Below are positions 53,489 to 63,235 of a stretch of 64,000 nucleotides of DNA, piece by piece. A model generated the notes under the pieces. The model was given only the letters and a program-made list of their open reading frames with translations, made no database searches and was not told the DNA's origin. The position numbers and the translations under genes were made by a program. The first letter of the stretch is position 1. Every line of letters begins with the position of its first letter. The DNA lies in contig CAWGMQ010000010.1 in the NCBI GenBank assembly GCA_963823665.1, positions 1,824,001 through 1,888,000 of the forward strand, in the 5' to 3' direction. This DNA comes from an uncultured Planctomycetota bacterium. Its GTDB lineage: Bacteria; Planctomycetota; Planctomycetia; Isosphaerales; Isosphaeraceae.

Positions 53489-53980
53489 ATGTCCGTGCAG
53501 CGTCCCTCGACGGGTAATCTAATGGGGCTCGTGGCCGTCGCAGCTGCGAATCTGTTTCTGCTACGGCAAGGTATCACGCTGCTGCTTGGAAAACCGCTGT
53601 ATCTCTACCTGTTCGTATCCCTGAACATGGTTCTCATCCAGGCGGTCGTGCGCGGGAAGCCGCTCGGGCGCTCACACGCGAGTTTTCTGATCTTGGCTGC
53701 CATCTCTACCTGGCTCTGTACCTGGCTCTGCGACCAGCCGCAGATGTTGCGCGGTGTGAAAGCCATGTTGTACTGGTATCGCGAAGCGACCGGCTACTTG
53801 CCCGCGTTCTACTCCGCTGGGAGGCCCGGCTTCGATAAAAGGGTCCGACTTACGTTAATCGTGGTAAGTTTCATATTATCTGCCATCGCGGCCGCCGTTG
53901 TCGGATCGCACGGCCGCGGGCGGGAGACTCAACTTCCTGGTAGACGGCTCTCGTCCTCTTCATCCGTGACCGCGTCTTGA
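53489..53980 (+). CDS. Membrane hypothetical protein
   Basis: GGAGG RBS; four hydrophobic segments. Confidence 0.65.
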   Translation: MSVQRPSTGNLMGLVAVAAANLFLLRQGITLLLGKPLYLYLFVSLNMVLIQAVVRGKPLGRSHASFLILAAISTWLCTWLCDQPQMLRGVKAMLYWYREATGYLPAFYSAGRPGFDKRVRLTLIVVSFILSAIAAAVVGSHGRGRETQLPGRRLSSSSSVTAS

Positions 53981-54192
53981 TTCACGGTGACGTTGTGCGG
54001 CTTCGCGAAAAGCTCCTGGTGGAGTTCCCCCCCGTTTGACGCCCCTCCCTCACCCCTGTACAATCCACCCTCGCGTACAGGACGCACCCAGTCCGCGGAA
54101 AGGGTAGAAGCCCACCTGCTTGTTGCATCGCCATACGAACCTTCTTTCGGCCCGTTATGCGGACACCGGGCGCACACGGAAAGAAGGTTGCC

Positions 54193-55439
54193 ATGTCTAC
54201 ACACTCCGAAGAACCCGCGCGCCAGCTCCCGGCGAACCCCGACCTCCGTCATCTCAAGGACCAGGCCAAGGACTTGCTCAAGGCTGGTCAGGCCCAATCA
54301 CTGGCCAAGGCGCAGTTCCAGATCGCCAAGCGGTACGGGTTCGCGAGCTGGGCCAAGCTCAAGGCACTCGTCGAATCACTCCAGCTTGCCGGGCAGCTCA
54401 AGCTAGCGATCGACGCCAACGATCTGGCGCTGGTCAAGCGCCTCATGACACGCCACCCGGAGCTGCACCGCGCTCCACTCGGCTACGGCAAGAACGGGCC
54501 GCTCACGTGGGTTGCCGAATGCCGCGTGCCGCGCGTGCCGCCGAACGAGACACGGCTCGCCATGGCGCGCTGGATGATCGAAAACGGCTCCGACATCCAC
54601 CAAGGTGGCGACGGGCCTCTCATGCGCGCGGCGCTCGACGATATGAAACTCCCCATGACCGAGCTTCTTGTCGCCCACGGCGCCGACGTGAACGCAGTCT
54701 GGGGCGGAACGTATCCCATCATCCTCGCCCCGCTCGAGGCATTCGCGCCCGGACCTTGCAGTGGCTGCTCGACCACGGCGCCAACCTGCACGTGGCCAAT
54801 TGCGACCCGATCGAGATGCTCACATGTATCTATTCGCGAAGGGCCAAGGAGAAAAACGCGTGCTTCGAGATCGTCGGCGCGGCCGGCTTCGCGCTGCCGG
54901 ATACTCCGGTGATGGCACTGCACCGCGGACGGCTTGACCTGCTCCAGGAGCACCTCGACCGCGACCCGTCGCTGCTGGAGCGCCGATTCACTTACCGCGA
55001 GATCTTCTTCAATCGCGACGGCGCGCCGGGTGATGCGTATCCCGCGACGCCCGTGTCCGGCGGCACGCTCTTGCACCTGGCGCTCGAGTTCGACGACATC
55101 GACGTGGCGCGCTGGCTCATCGAGCGGGGAGCGGACGTGAATGCCCGCGCCGCGAACGAGGCCCTTGTCTTCGTGGGCCACACGCCGCTCTTTCACACCG
55201 TCGTCAACCTGGGGTCAATGGGCCGGGGAGACGACTCAAAGGCGAGGCTCCTGCTCGACCATGGCGCCGACCCGAACGCCCGGGCGAGCTTCCCGCACGA
55301 GGCCACGTTCCACGGCAACGCCCCCACCGAGGCGCTTCACGACGTCACGCCCGTCGGCTATGCCCGCCGGCACCCCGACCAAGGCGTGGTGAACGCCCCG
55401 GCGCTCGCGGCGATCATCGAGCGCGGGGGGAAGGAGTGA
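54193..55439 (+). CDS. Ankyrin-repeat protein (frameshift near 54750)
   Basis: LPANPDLRHLKDQAKDLL..AQFQIAKRYGFASWAKLK N-domain; GADVNA, TLLHLA and HTPLFH ankyrin motifs. Confidence 0.85.
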
Positions 55440-55497
55440 GCCGGGTGTGTTCAAACCTGGGTCTTCGAGCGTGCCGAGGTTCCCTCCAGCGGTTCCG

Positions 55498-55755
55498 TCA
55501 CTGCGTCTCCTGGCGGTCCTGCGTCTGTTTCCGTTTTGCTAATGTCTCAAGACGTCTCTGGTTCCTCGCTTCAATGCTCAACTCGATCGCTTCCGCTCGC
55601 GCCTGCTGCTGCAGATACAGAGGCCAGGAACGCGCTAGCCGGGCCTGGAGGGCCGGCTCGCGTTGTGAGGCCCGGTTATGCTGCACCACCAGGGCGACGC
55701 ATAGGGCCGCGATCACGATCAGCAACATGAGCGTCCGCAGCCGGAAGCGTTTCAT
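55498..55755 (-). CDS. Small single-TM protein
   Basis: MKRFRLRTLMLLIVIAALCVAL; GAGG RBS. Confidence 0.7.
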   Translation of the reverse strand: MKRFRLRTLMLLIVIAALCVALVVQHNRASQREPALQARLARSWPLYLQQQARAEAIELSIEARNQRRLETLAKRKQTQDRQETQ

Positions 55756-55849
55756 GGCACCGCCTCGAATGTGACATGACTTTGTCCTTGCTCACTCCTC
55801 GCCGGAAGCCTCCTTCTTCAGCTCTGCCTCAAGCTCCTGCGAACCCCAG

Positions 55850-56298
55850 AGGCTGACGGCGACCCCCTTGCGGAGTAAGGCGGCACACTTGGCAACAAAG
55901 GCCTGACGCGACTCCGGCCGATCCTTGTTGGCTGGGCTGACAAATTCGATGGCAGCGACCAGCGTTCGTTCTCGCTCAAGGTCGAAGATGCGGACTTCGT
56001 ATTCGTATTCATCAGGTGGGTCGGTCTCAACTGAGACCGCCGGGGCCGTCGCAGTCCAGGCGACGGTGGCCGTGCCGCCATTGCCGTTGGTTGCCACAGT
56101 GCGGGGTATCTCGTGCGATTCCAGGGCGCCCACATCGATTTCCATCAGCGTGCCGAGATTGACGCGCGGCTCGGCAACCTACCCGGGCGGGAGCTGTTTC
56201 CGCAGTTGCTGAATGATGGTCGCCGGCCACATGCCGTCGAAACCCTCCCACGATGCTTTCTTGCTCACAGGCGGGCGAAAATGATCGCGAAGCGGCAT
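55850..56298 (-). pseudogene. Second DUF4058 copy with TAC>TAG stop and 3' truncation
   Basis: Near-identical DNA to 48190-48586; TAG at 56179-56181; homology ends at KGVAVSL. Confidence 0.88.
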
Positions 56299-56332
56299 GG
56301 CGCTCTCCTTCACCGCGATTGTATCACGGCGA

Positions 56333-57805
56333 TCACCGTCGACGACATCGGAACGAAGGTGACTCCTGTCGGTCGTCTGGGCCAGCCGCTTGGCAAGTGG
56401 AATCGATTTTTGCGAGTCGGAAACCGGAGATCGGGAACACGCACAGGTGGTAATGAGGAACGCAGGAAGCCAGGAACTGTGGGCGAAAGGCTGGATTCTC
56501 GCGCTTCGCCTTCGGTCCGAGGAAGGCGGTGTACAACCCAGTGGCAACAAGTCTCGAGATGGTGAATTTCAAAGGATAGGCGGTGGAGAGGGCCTGCTTG
56601 GTCTGCAGGGTGAGGACATGGGTTGCCGCATTGTATGTGGCTCTCGAAAGTATCAGGGCTTTATCATCCTTATCGCCGAACCGGCGGTCGCGGCCGGCGG
56701 AAGTGAGGGCGTAGTGCGAGAGCGCTTCGATCGCTGCGGGGTCGACCGTACCGGAAAAGACGATCTGGATGACCTTTGGTCCTCGCCTCTGCGAAGCGAT
56801 GGTCACTGCGTTCACGACGGGCCCAGTTGCGCCAGTGCCTCCGCCACCTCCGCCGCCGCCGCCACCCCCGGAGTTTGTCGCAATCGTTATGGTCGAGGTG
56901 GCGGTAACAGGCGAAGTGTAGCCGTACGAATCGCGGGCTCTCAGGTAGAGTTGGATTCGACCTGTGAGCCCCTTCGGAAGCTGGATCTGGAAGGAGGAGT
57001 AGGTCATCATCCCCCCGGGTATCTGCGCAGTGACCAGCACATTTCCCGAGCCGTCCAGCAAATCGACCGAGGTTGCGAACCCCGCGCTGGCGAACACGAT
57101 AGGCTGGGGGTCTGTCGTGACACCGCCGGCGGGAATCAGTGTGCCGTCACTATTCTTGAAACGCGGCGGCCCCAGGGGCGAAAATATCGATGGATCGGAT
57201 TCTGGGGCAATGACCAGCAGCGTGTTACTCACGACGCCAGCCCCGTCGATCGGATAATACGGACTTGCGACGAAATCGCCCGCGACGCTTGGCGAATCCG
57301 TGATTGTGATCACTCCCGGTCCGACGCGGGAACCCACGTCGACCCTGGTTCCGGGAGGCAGTGAGGACGAATCCCCCGGGCTGTTGAAGAGGGTGACCGG
57401 GGTGTCGGGTGCGACGCCGGAAACGAGGAAGCTCGGCGTTCTCGAGGAACCCCCTTCGATCTGGGTCAGCGCTGCACCGGTCGGCGCGATCGGGATGGGT
57501 GAAGTCGCCGCGACAAAGTAGCTCGCGAGAGTTGGTCCTGCGCCGTACGTCAGTTGTGGCAGATTGGTGGGTTCACCTGGACCGATGCCGAAATGGGCGA
57601 GATTTGCGAAGTTGCCCGCCACGTAGACGTCGCCAGCCGAGTCGGCGCCGACCTGGCTGATTGGCGAGATACTTGCACCTGCCCCTCCAGACTGCATCGT
57701 GTCGCCGATCGCCACGGCGAACGGGAAAGCGGCATCGAGAACAATGCGAGACTCCATTGCCTCTGCCCAGGTTCGGTAGAGTTTCCTACCTCGTACGATC
57801 TTCAT
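56333..57805 (-). CDS. Planctomycete-type extracellular protein (Ig-like domains, Gly linker, C-terminal domain); last ~55 codons probably read-through into duplicated DNA
   Basis: EAMESRIVL leader; poly-Gly linker; AGRDRRFGDKDD...ATYNAATHVLTL C-terminal domain. Confidence 0.7.
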   Translation of the reverse strand: MKIVRGRKLYRTWAEAMESRIVLDAAFPFAVAIGDTMQSGGAGASISPISQVGADSAGDVYVAGNFANLAHFGIGPGEPTNLPQLTYGAGPTLASYFVAATSPIPIAPTGAALTQIEGGSSRTPSFLVSGVAPDTPVTLFNSPGDSSSLPPGTRVDVGSRVGPGVITITDSPSVAGDFVASPYYPIDGAGVVSNTLLVIAPESDPSIFSPLGPPRFKNSDGTLIPAGGVTTDPQPIVFASAGFATSVDLLDGSGNVLVTAQIPGGMMTYSSFQIQLPKGLTGRIQLYLRARDSYGYTSPVTATSTITIATNSGGGGGGGGGGGTGATGPVVNAVTIASQRRGPKVIQIVFSGTVDPAAIEALSHYALTSAGRDRRFGDKDDKALILSRATYNAATHVLTLQTKQALSTAYPLKFTISRLVATGLYTAFLGPKAKRENPAFRPQFLASCVPHYHLCVFPISGFRLAKIDSTCQAAGPDDRQESPSFRCRRR

Positions 57806-58566
57806 CGGGGGGAAGCCTCGTCGATGCCGCGGACCGGACGTTCGATCTCTTGAAACCGGATTGGCATCCCTATGCTACACATTTCTTTACAATGTGCGCT
57901 GGGAAACGCGAATGACGCACAGTCTGCGTGGCGGTCTTTCCGGGTTCAAGGACATCGTGAGCCTGATCGGGCGGCGGATTGCGGCGCTCTAGCACGCTGG
58001 CTTCCGTCTAGCAGGAATGCACCATGCGACAAGCGGAATTCGTACCACGCTGTGGCCTCCATGATCGCTTTGCGCTCGATTGCTTCTCGTCCAGACTAAT
58101 CGTTTCGTAAACCAATCGCATTTCACGTAGGTACTCATACATTTTATGTATCAGGGTTTCTCGTGGGTCAGCGTCCGGATCACCGATTTCATTCCGTGCC
58201 GATTCCTCTTCGTGTTGCTTGATATAACGCTGCGGATCTGTTGAATAAAGGGCCGCATAGGCGTGAGTCAATGACCTGCGTCGGGATTTCTTCTCTCGGT
58301 CACTCTCTCTACAAAATCAAACCTGGAATGAATGTCTCGCAAGTCCGGCGAAGCATTGTGGATTTCAAGGAGGGCTCGGTTTTGATTAGCCATGCAAGCT
58401 AGCCATATCGTTTAGGCAGCCCCCGGCATGGACGCCGCCACCGAACATCTGGTGCGGAAGTGAGCCGCCGAGCGGTGCGAGCATTGACCCACAGCGGCAC
58501 GTAGACAAACCCTTGGCACAACCATTGAAGTAGGCTAGGCTAAGAAATCTGAAAGAGAGTCGTGCT

Positions 58567-58839
58567 ATGCCCATTAATTTACCTAAAGACTTGGAGAGCG
58601 ATGTACGTGCGGCGGTGCTCAGCGGGCATTTTGCGAGCGAGGATGACCTCGTCGCTGCCGCCGTGCGGGCGTTGCTCCGGCAGCAGCCACGGGAGCAGCT
58701 CGCCGCCAAGGCATCTGGCATGGGGTCGATTGGCGCGATGCACGACGACGCGGAGCTCCTCGAGCTGATCACCCAGGGCATCATGAACAGTCGAGAGACA
58801 CGGGCGTTAAGGCTCTCGCCGGAGCTATGTTGCTGCTGA
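58567..58839 (+). CDS. Orphan ribbon-helix-helix antitoxin-like protein (ParD/CC2985-like)
   Basis: MPINLPKDLESDVRAAVLSGHFASEDDLVAAAVRALL. Confidence 0.7.
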   Translation: MPINLPKDLESDVRAAVLSGHFASEDDLVAAAVRALLRQQPREQLAAKASGMGSIGAMHDDAELLELITQGIMNSRETRALRLSPELCCC

Positions 58840-58873
58840 GGAGGTTCTCGACTTCGGCCAACCGGAGGCAGAG

Positions 58874-60706
58874 TTAGACGACTCGTAACAGTTCTTCGAT
58901 CGAGGTGCGGCCCTGGATCACCTGGCGCAGGCCGTCCTCTTGCAGATAAATCAAGCCCCCTTTGCGGGCCTCGGCCTTGATCTTGCTGATCGATGGGTTC
59001 TCGCGGATCATGTCGCGCATGGCCTCGGTCAGCACCAGAAGCTCGTAGATTCCGGTGCGGCCGAAGTACCCCGTGCCGCCGCATTGCTGGCAAACCTGCT
59101 CGGGATTCTCCGGCCGTCGATAGAGAACGTCGATCTTATCCGCGGGTAGATTCGCCTTCTTCAAGAATTCGGGCTTGGGCTTGTACGGCTCCTTGCACGC
59201 TTCACAGAGCAACCGCACCAGTCGCTGGCCGAGCACCCCGGAAAGAGCCGAGGCGACCATGAACGGCTCGACACCCAGGTCGAGCAAGCGGAACAGGGCT
59301 GTCACCGCATCGTTGGAGTGAACGGTTGAGAAGACCATGTGCCCAGTGTTGGCAGCCTGGCAGGCGATCGAAGCCGTCTCTTGATCGCGGATTTCACCGA
59401 TCATGATCACGTCCGGGTCCTGCCGAAGAATCGAGCGCAGGCTGGTGGCGAAGGTCTGCCCCGCCTTCGTGTTCACCTCCATCTGGGTGATGTTCTCAAG
59501 GTGGTGTTCGATCGGGTCTTCGATGGTGATGATGTTCTTCTGGTAGCGATCAATCTCCCGAAGCGCAGCATACATCGTGGTCGACTTGCCGGCGCCGGTT
59601 GGGCCGCAGCAGAGGAACATGCCGTGAGGCTGGGTAACCAGGCCGCGTACCTGCTCGATCAGCTTGGGGCGCATTCCCAAGTCTTCCAACTTGGTCATGG
59701 CCGAACTGTTGTCGAGGATTCGCATCACCAGCTTCTCGCCTGCGTTCGACCCGGCTGTCGCCACGCGGAAGGCGAGGTTGCGCCCTGCCAGGGTCGCGCC
59801 GAAGGATCCGTCCTGAGGCTTCCGCTTATCGGCGATATCCAATGCCGAAAGGACTTTGAGTACGTTGACGACCGCGTCGCCGGTCGGCCGGTCGAACGGC
59901 TCGGCAACGTGCAAGATACCGTCGATGCGGTACCTCACAGAAAGCTGCTCGCTGGTTGGCTCGAGGTGGATGTCGGTTGAGCGCCTGAGCACCGCGTCGT
60001 ATACCAGTTCCTTGGCGGCCATGTAAGAGCGCGACGCTTCGGCTTGCCGTACGCGCGACGGATCTTCCTTGGCCGAGCCCTGCGTTTTGCCGATGAACAC
60101 GATCGGAGGCCCGGAGCGGTCTACCGTGCCCACGTCCGTCCGCTCCGCGTCCGGATTGTCCGCCTGGCGAACACGCGAAGCACCGCTCGTGGGCGGGTCC
60201 AATTTGAAGGATTCTTCATGCCTCGGCTCAGGTCGGTTCGCCGGCGTTTCAGCGGCAATTATACTGTCATCCGTCACAGATCTCCTTTTACCAGGAGACG
60301 TGTCGGTGGTCGGTACGGATTGCTCAAGGCCAGTCCGGCGCAGATACCAGTCGAGAACCTCGCACAAATCATCCAGTACCCTAGCCGCATCACTTGGTTC
60401 TACGTTTTCGCCGTGAGGGCCGAGGTTGCCCATGTCCCTGATCGAGCTCATCCTCGACAGGATGCGGCGTTCCAGCTTCCGGGTGAATTGATTGTCGTTC
60501 AGCACATCTCCAAGCAATGGCCGCCTGGGTTCTTGGCCCATCTCCGCCTTGTAAATGCGGAGTACGAGCTTTTCCAGTACGATCCGAGATTTGGTGAGGG
60601 AGCTCCCTGCATCGGGGCGGATATAACTCAATGCCAGCCGGAGTTCCGCAGAGAATTCCGTGAACTGTTCCTCCAGCTTTCTAACGCGGGATTCTAGATC
60701 GTCCAT
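58874..60706 (-). CDS. GspE/PulE/PilB-family ATPase with N-terminal DUF4145-like domain
   Basis: TDIHLEP, RYRIDG, Walker A GPTGAGKSTT, LRQDPDVIMIGEIRD, TGHMVFSTVH, CxxC..CxxC; N-terminal SR..LE...IRDMGNLGPH. Confidence 0.9.
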   Translation of the reverse strand: MDDLESRVRKLEEQFTEFSAELRLALSYIRPDAGSSLTKSRIVLEKLVLRIYKAEMGQEPRRPLLGDVLNDNQFTRKLERRILSRMSSIRDMGNLGPHGENVEPSDAARVLDDLCEVLDWYLRRTGLEQSVPTTDTSPGKRRSVTDDSIIAAETPANRPEPRHEESFKLDPPTSGASRVRQADNPDAERTDVGTVDRSGPPIVFIGKTQGSAKEDPSRVRQAEASRSYMAAKELVYDAVLRRSTDIHLEPTSEQLSVRYRIDGILHVAEPFDRPTGDAVVNVLKVLSALDIADKRKPQDGSFGATLAGRNLAFRVATAGSNAGEKLVMRILDNSSAMTKLEDLGMRPKLIEQVRGLVTQPHGMFLCCGPTGAGKSTTMYAALREIDRYQKNIITIEDPIEHHLENITQMEVNTKAGQTFATSLRSILRQDPDVIMIGEIRDQETASIACQAANTGHMVFSTVHSNDAVTALFRLLDLGVEPFMVASALSGVLGQRLVRLLCEACKEPYKPKPEFLKKANLPADKIDVLYRRPENPEQVCQQCGGTGYFGRTGIYELLVLTEAMRDMIRENPSISKIKAEARKGGLIYLQEDGLRQVIQGRTSIEELLRVV

Positions 60707-60719
60707 ACACCTTGATCCC

Positions 60720-61175
60720 TCGAGTGAGGCGGACCAGCGGCCGGTCCTTGGCATCCGCCCCGATGCCCATAGCCTCGAAGCAGGCCAGTATATCCCGCTG
60801 CAGTTCCACTCGCACAGGTATTCCCCGGCTCTTGCGGCCCTTTTTTGTGGAACGGCAGGGTGTATTGCTCGCTGTCATGCTGAAAATCCTGGAGCCGCAG
60901 CTTGGCGACGGCACCGGCCCGGCAGGCGGCGCAGGCCAGCGTCGAGAGGATCGCCCGGTCCCACAGCCCCACTACATGTTGATCGACCTGATGCACGCCA
61001 AGGCCCGCTATTCCCTCAAGAAACACGCTCAGGATCCAAGGAGGGCATTGACGCCGCGTTGCAGCACAGTGTATTCCGACCCAGTTCGAGCCGCACAGGT
61101 ATCTCGCGGCTGTTGCCGCCCATTTCGTGAAACCGCAGCGCGAACTGCTCGCCGTCATATTGATGATTTTACACA
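60720..61175 (-). mobile_element. Degenerate tyrosine recombinase/integrase relics (two overlapping-content fragments)
   Basis: GLWDRAILSTLA...CRAGAVAKLRLQDFQHD...KSRGIPVR (60720-60975); a second piece QYDGEQFALRFHEMGGNSREIPVRLEL (61082-61165). Confidence 0.7.
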
Positions 61176-61351
61176 GCAGCAAACTCAGTGCTTGGCGACA
61201 AACACGGATCCTCCGCTCCGAACTTTCTCTCGCAAGTCCGCAAGCCCATTGGCGTCCCAGGAAGGGGCAATAAAACCGCATCCCAAGCAGGCGACGTCGT
61301 GCACCGGGATCGACTTCAACAGCGCCAGAGTGCGTGTCAACAATGACAGTC

Positions 61352-62047
61352 TCACGTCGTCGGCAACGGCAGCGGTGTAATCGTCGTGGTCGACCGCAGG
61401 TGATTGGTAACCGCGCCGCTGGGCCCGGTGGTCTTGGTGCTGACGGTCGATTCGAGCGGACTGATCTGGGTCACGACTCGATGGTAGTGATAGACCTTAC
61501 CGGCGGCCGTGTGGATCACCTCGGTGGTGACCGCCTTCGGTGCGGTCTGAACCGTGGTGCCCACGGTGGTCTGGATGCCCAAGCCAGGTAAATCGAGCCA
61601 TGCGTCGATGGTGGTCTTGCGGCCGTAGGAGTTCAGGATCCTGGTCTCGGTCGTGGTCGAATCGTCGGGCAGCGTAGTCGTGATGTTCTCGGTCGTCGTG
61701 TTGCCCTGGGTGGTTGCAACGTTCACGACCGTTTCGTGACCGGCGGTGCCGGGGAGATCGACCGAGGCTGTGCTCGTGGTCGTGTTGCTACCGGTCGGCA
61801 CCGTCAGGCGATATGCGGTCTCGGTCGTGCCGTGGATCTCGCCGATTCCTGCGATGTTGCCGGCATCCCCGTTGGCATAGGTCGTCGTCAGCTCCTCGTA
61901 TGATGGCGAGGTCGTTGCGGTGATCGCGGCTTGGGTTTCCGCCGCGACGACGGAGGACTGGTGGCGTACGGCTGCTGCGCTGCTCAAGGCGATTCGGCCT
62001 TCCAGAACATTCGAGAGCGCGGGACGAAACGCTCGCCGTCGTGGCAT
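61352..62047 (-). CDS. Thr-rich planctomycete-type extracellular protein
   Basis: RRRAFRPALSNVLEGRIALS leader; Thr-rich beta-strand body. Confidence 0.75.
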   Translation of the reverse strand: MPRRRAFRPALSNVLEGRIALSSAAAVRHQSSVVAAETQAAITATTSPSYEELTTTYANGDAGNIAGIGEIHGTTETAYRLTVPTGSNTTTSTASVDLPGTAGHETVVNVATTQGNTTTENITTTLPDDSTTTETRILNSYGRKTTIDAWLDLPGLGIQTTVGTTVQTAPKAVTTEVIHTAAGKVYHYHRVVTQISPLESTVSTKTTGPSGAVTNHLRSTTTITPLPLPTT

Positions 62048-62298
62048 GGATTTTTCGCTCCAGTTCGGTCTTCGCTGGGTAACCGGGTCGAAAGCCCCGC
62101 AGCGATTCGGCTTCTCCGTGCCGCGTCGCATTCTGTTGTGGTGCCGGACGAGTTGTTGCCCTATTATCTAGTCGTCGGTTGGCGCTGCCGCAATAGACTT
62201 TTTTTCAAAGATCGACGCCCAGAGTAGGGAAAGCGTACGGTGTTGCAGACACGATTTCCCGCCGTTGACTCAGGTGCTCGGCGATAGGTGGTGACACG

Positions 62299-62793
62299 AT
62301 GAAGCGAAGGCTTTGGTACCTCGTGGCGTTCGCGGCGGTGTTCGGGATTTTCGTGTCGATCGCAACGTCATCGCTTCAGTCGCGCGGGAACGATGCGAAG
62401 TTGGCGATCAACGTCGACGACATCGGAACGAAGGTGACTCTTGTTGGTCGCCTGGGCCAGCCGCTTGGCAAGATGATGAAGCTTCGCGGCTCGTGGAAGT
62501 ATCCGAACGGCCTCGCGAAGGACTACTCGCTGAGATTCACGGTAACCGAGGTGAACGGCCACAAACTCGCAACACCGGTCGAGTTTAACATCGAGCAGAT
62601 CAGCGCCCGCACACAAGATGATAAGGGTGCAATCCCAGAGTACGAGCGCCGGAAAGACCTCGATGGTGTCGCTTGGACTCTCAATGCCTATGAAACCGGT
62701 CGCTTTTCGGCCTACCCGTCCGACGTCGTTGTGCAACATCCCTACTGGTGGCGCACGTTCACCTCGGAGGTGGTCGGCACGGTGGTGCCATGA
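62299..62793 (+). CDS. Paralogue of 48767..49264
   Basis: Colinear near-identical DNA including flanks (62260-62864 matches about 48729-49337). Confidence 0.82.
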   Translation: MKRRLWYLVAFAAVFGIFVSIATSSLQSRGNDAKLAINVDDIGTKVTLVGRLGQPLGKMMKLRGSWKYPNGLAKDYSLRFTVTEVNGHKLATPVEFNIEQISARTQDDKGAIPEYERRKDLDGVAWTLNAYETGRFSAYPSDVVVQHPYWWRTFTSEVVGTVVP

Positions 62794-63219
62794 TATGAAG
62801 CGTTCGGGCCAGCACAGGACAGCCGATGCTCAGAGCTTACCAGCGACAGTTGACCCTGCTCGATGGATCAAGCACTGCGCCAGCGCGCATACAGAATGAA
62901 TTTTCTTCGCTAATTGATCTGATCGCTGGAACCCGGACACTCTCTGGAAATATCCCGGTCGCTGGCGCCAACAGTCTGGAAAGTCCTCGCATATTGTAGA
63001 TGAGGGAGTGCGCTGCGCGGTGGCGTTTTTGCAGCCGGCGGGGAGCTGGGTTGCGCCCGGGGTTTTTGGCGGAGTGCGATGGATGATTACGGCCGTTGCG
63101 TTCTCGGAGTCGGAGCGAGACATGTCATCAAGATCGGGACGAAAGTGTGGCCGGTTTACACTAGTGTACGGTTGCTCGAAGGGGCTCGTAATATTGCCAC
63201 TTATTGCCATTTTTCGAGC

Positions 63220-63235
63220 GGGCACGGCGATTGCT
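63220..63235 (+). promoter_or_regulatory. Putative sigma54 promoter
   Basis: GGGCACGGCGATTGCT matches (T)GGCACG-N4-TTGCW; AT-rich IHF-like tract at 63257-63283. Confidence 0.5.

Noticed and set aside
58008..58380. Lower-GC hypothetical gene fragment
   Set aside because: No start context or recognisable motif; too weak to call.
58840..58890. Integron attC site at the GspE stop (GTCTAAC on the minus strand)
   Set aside because: No matching GTTRRRY or paired arms found, no similar sites at other gene ends, and the integrase relic is not recognisably IntI.
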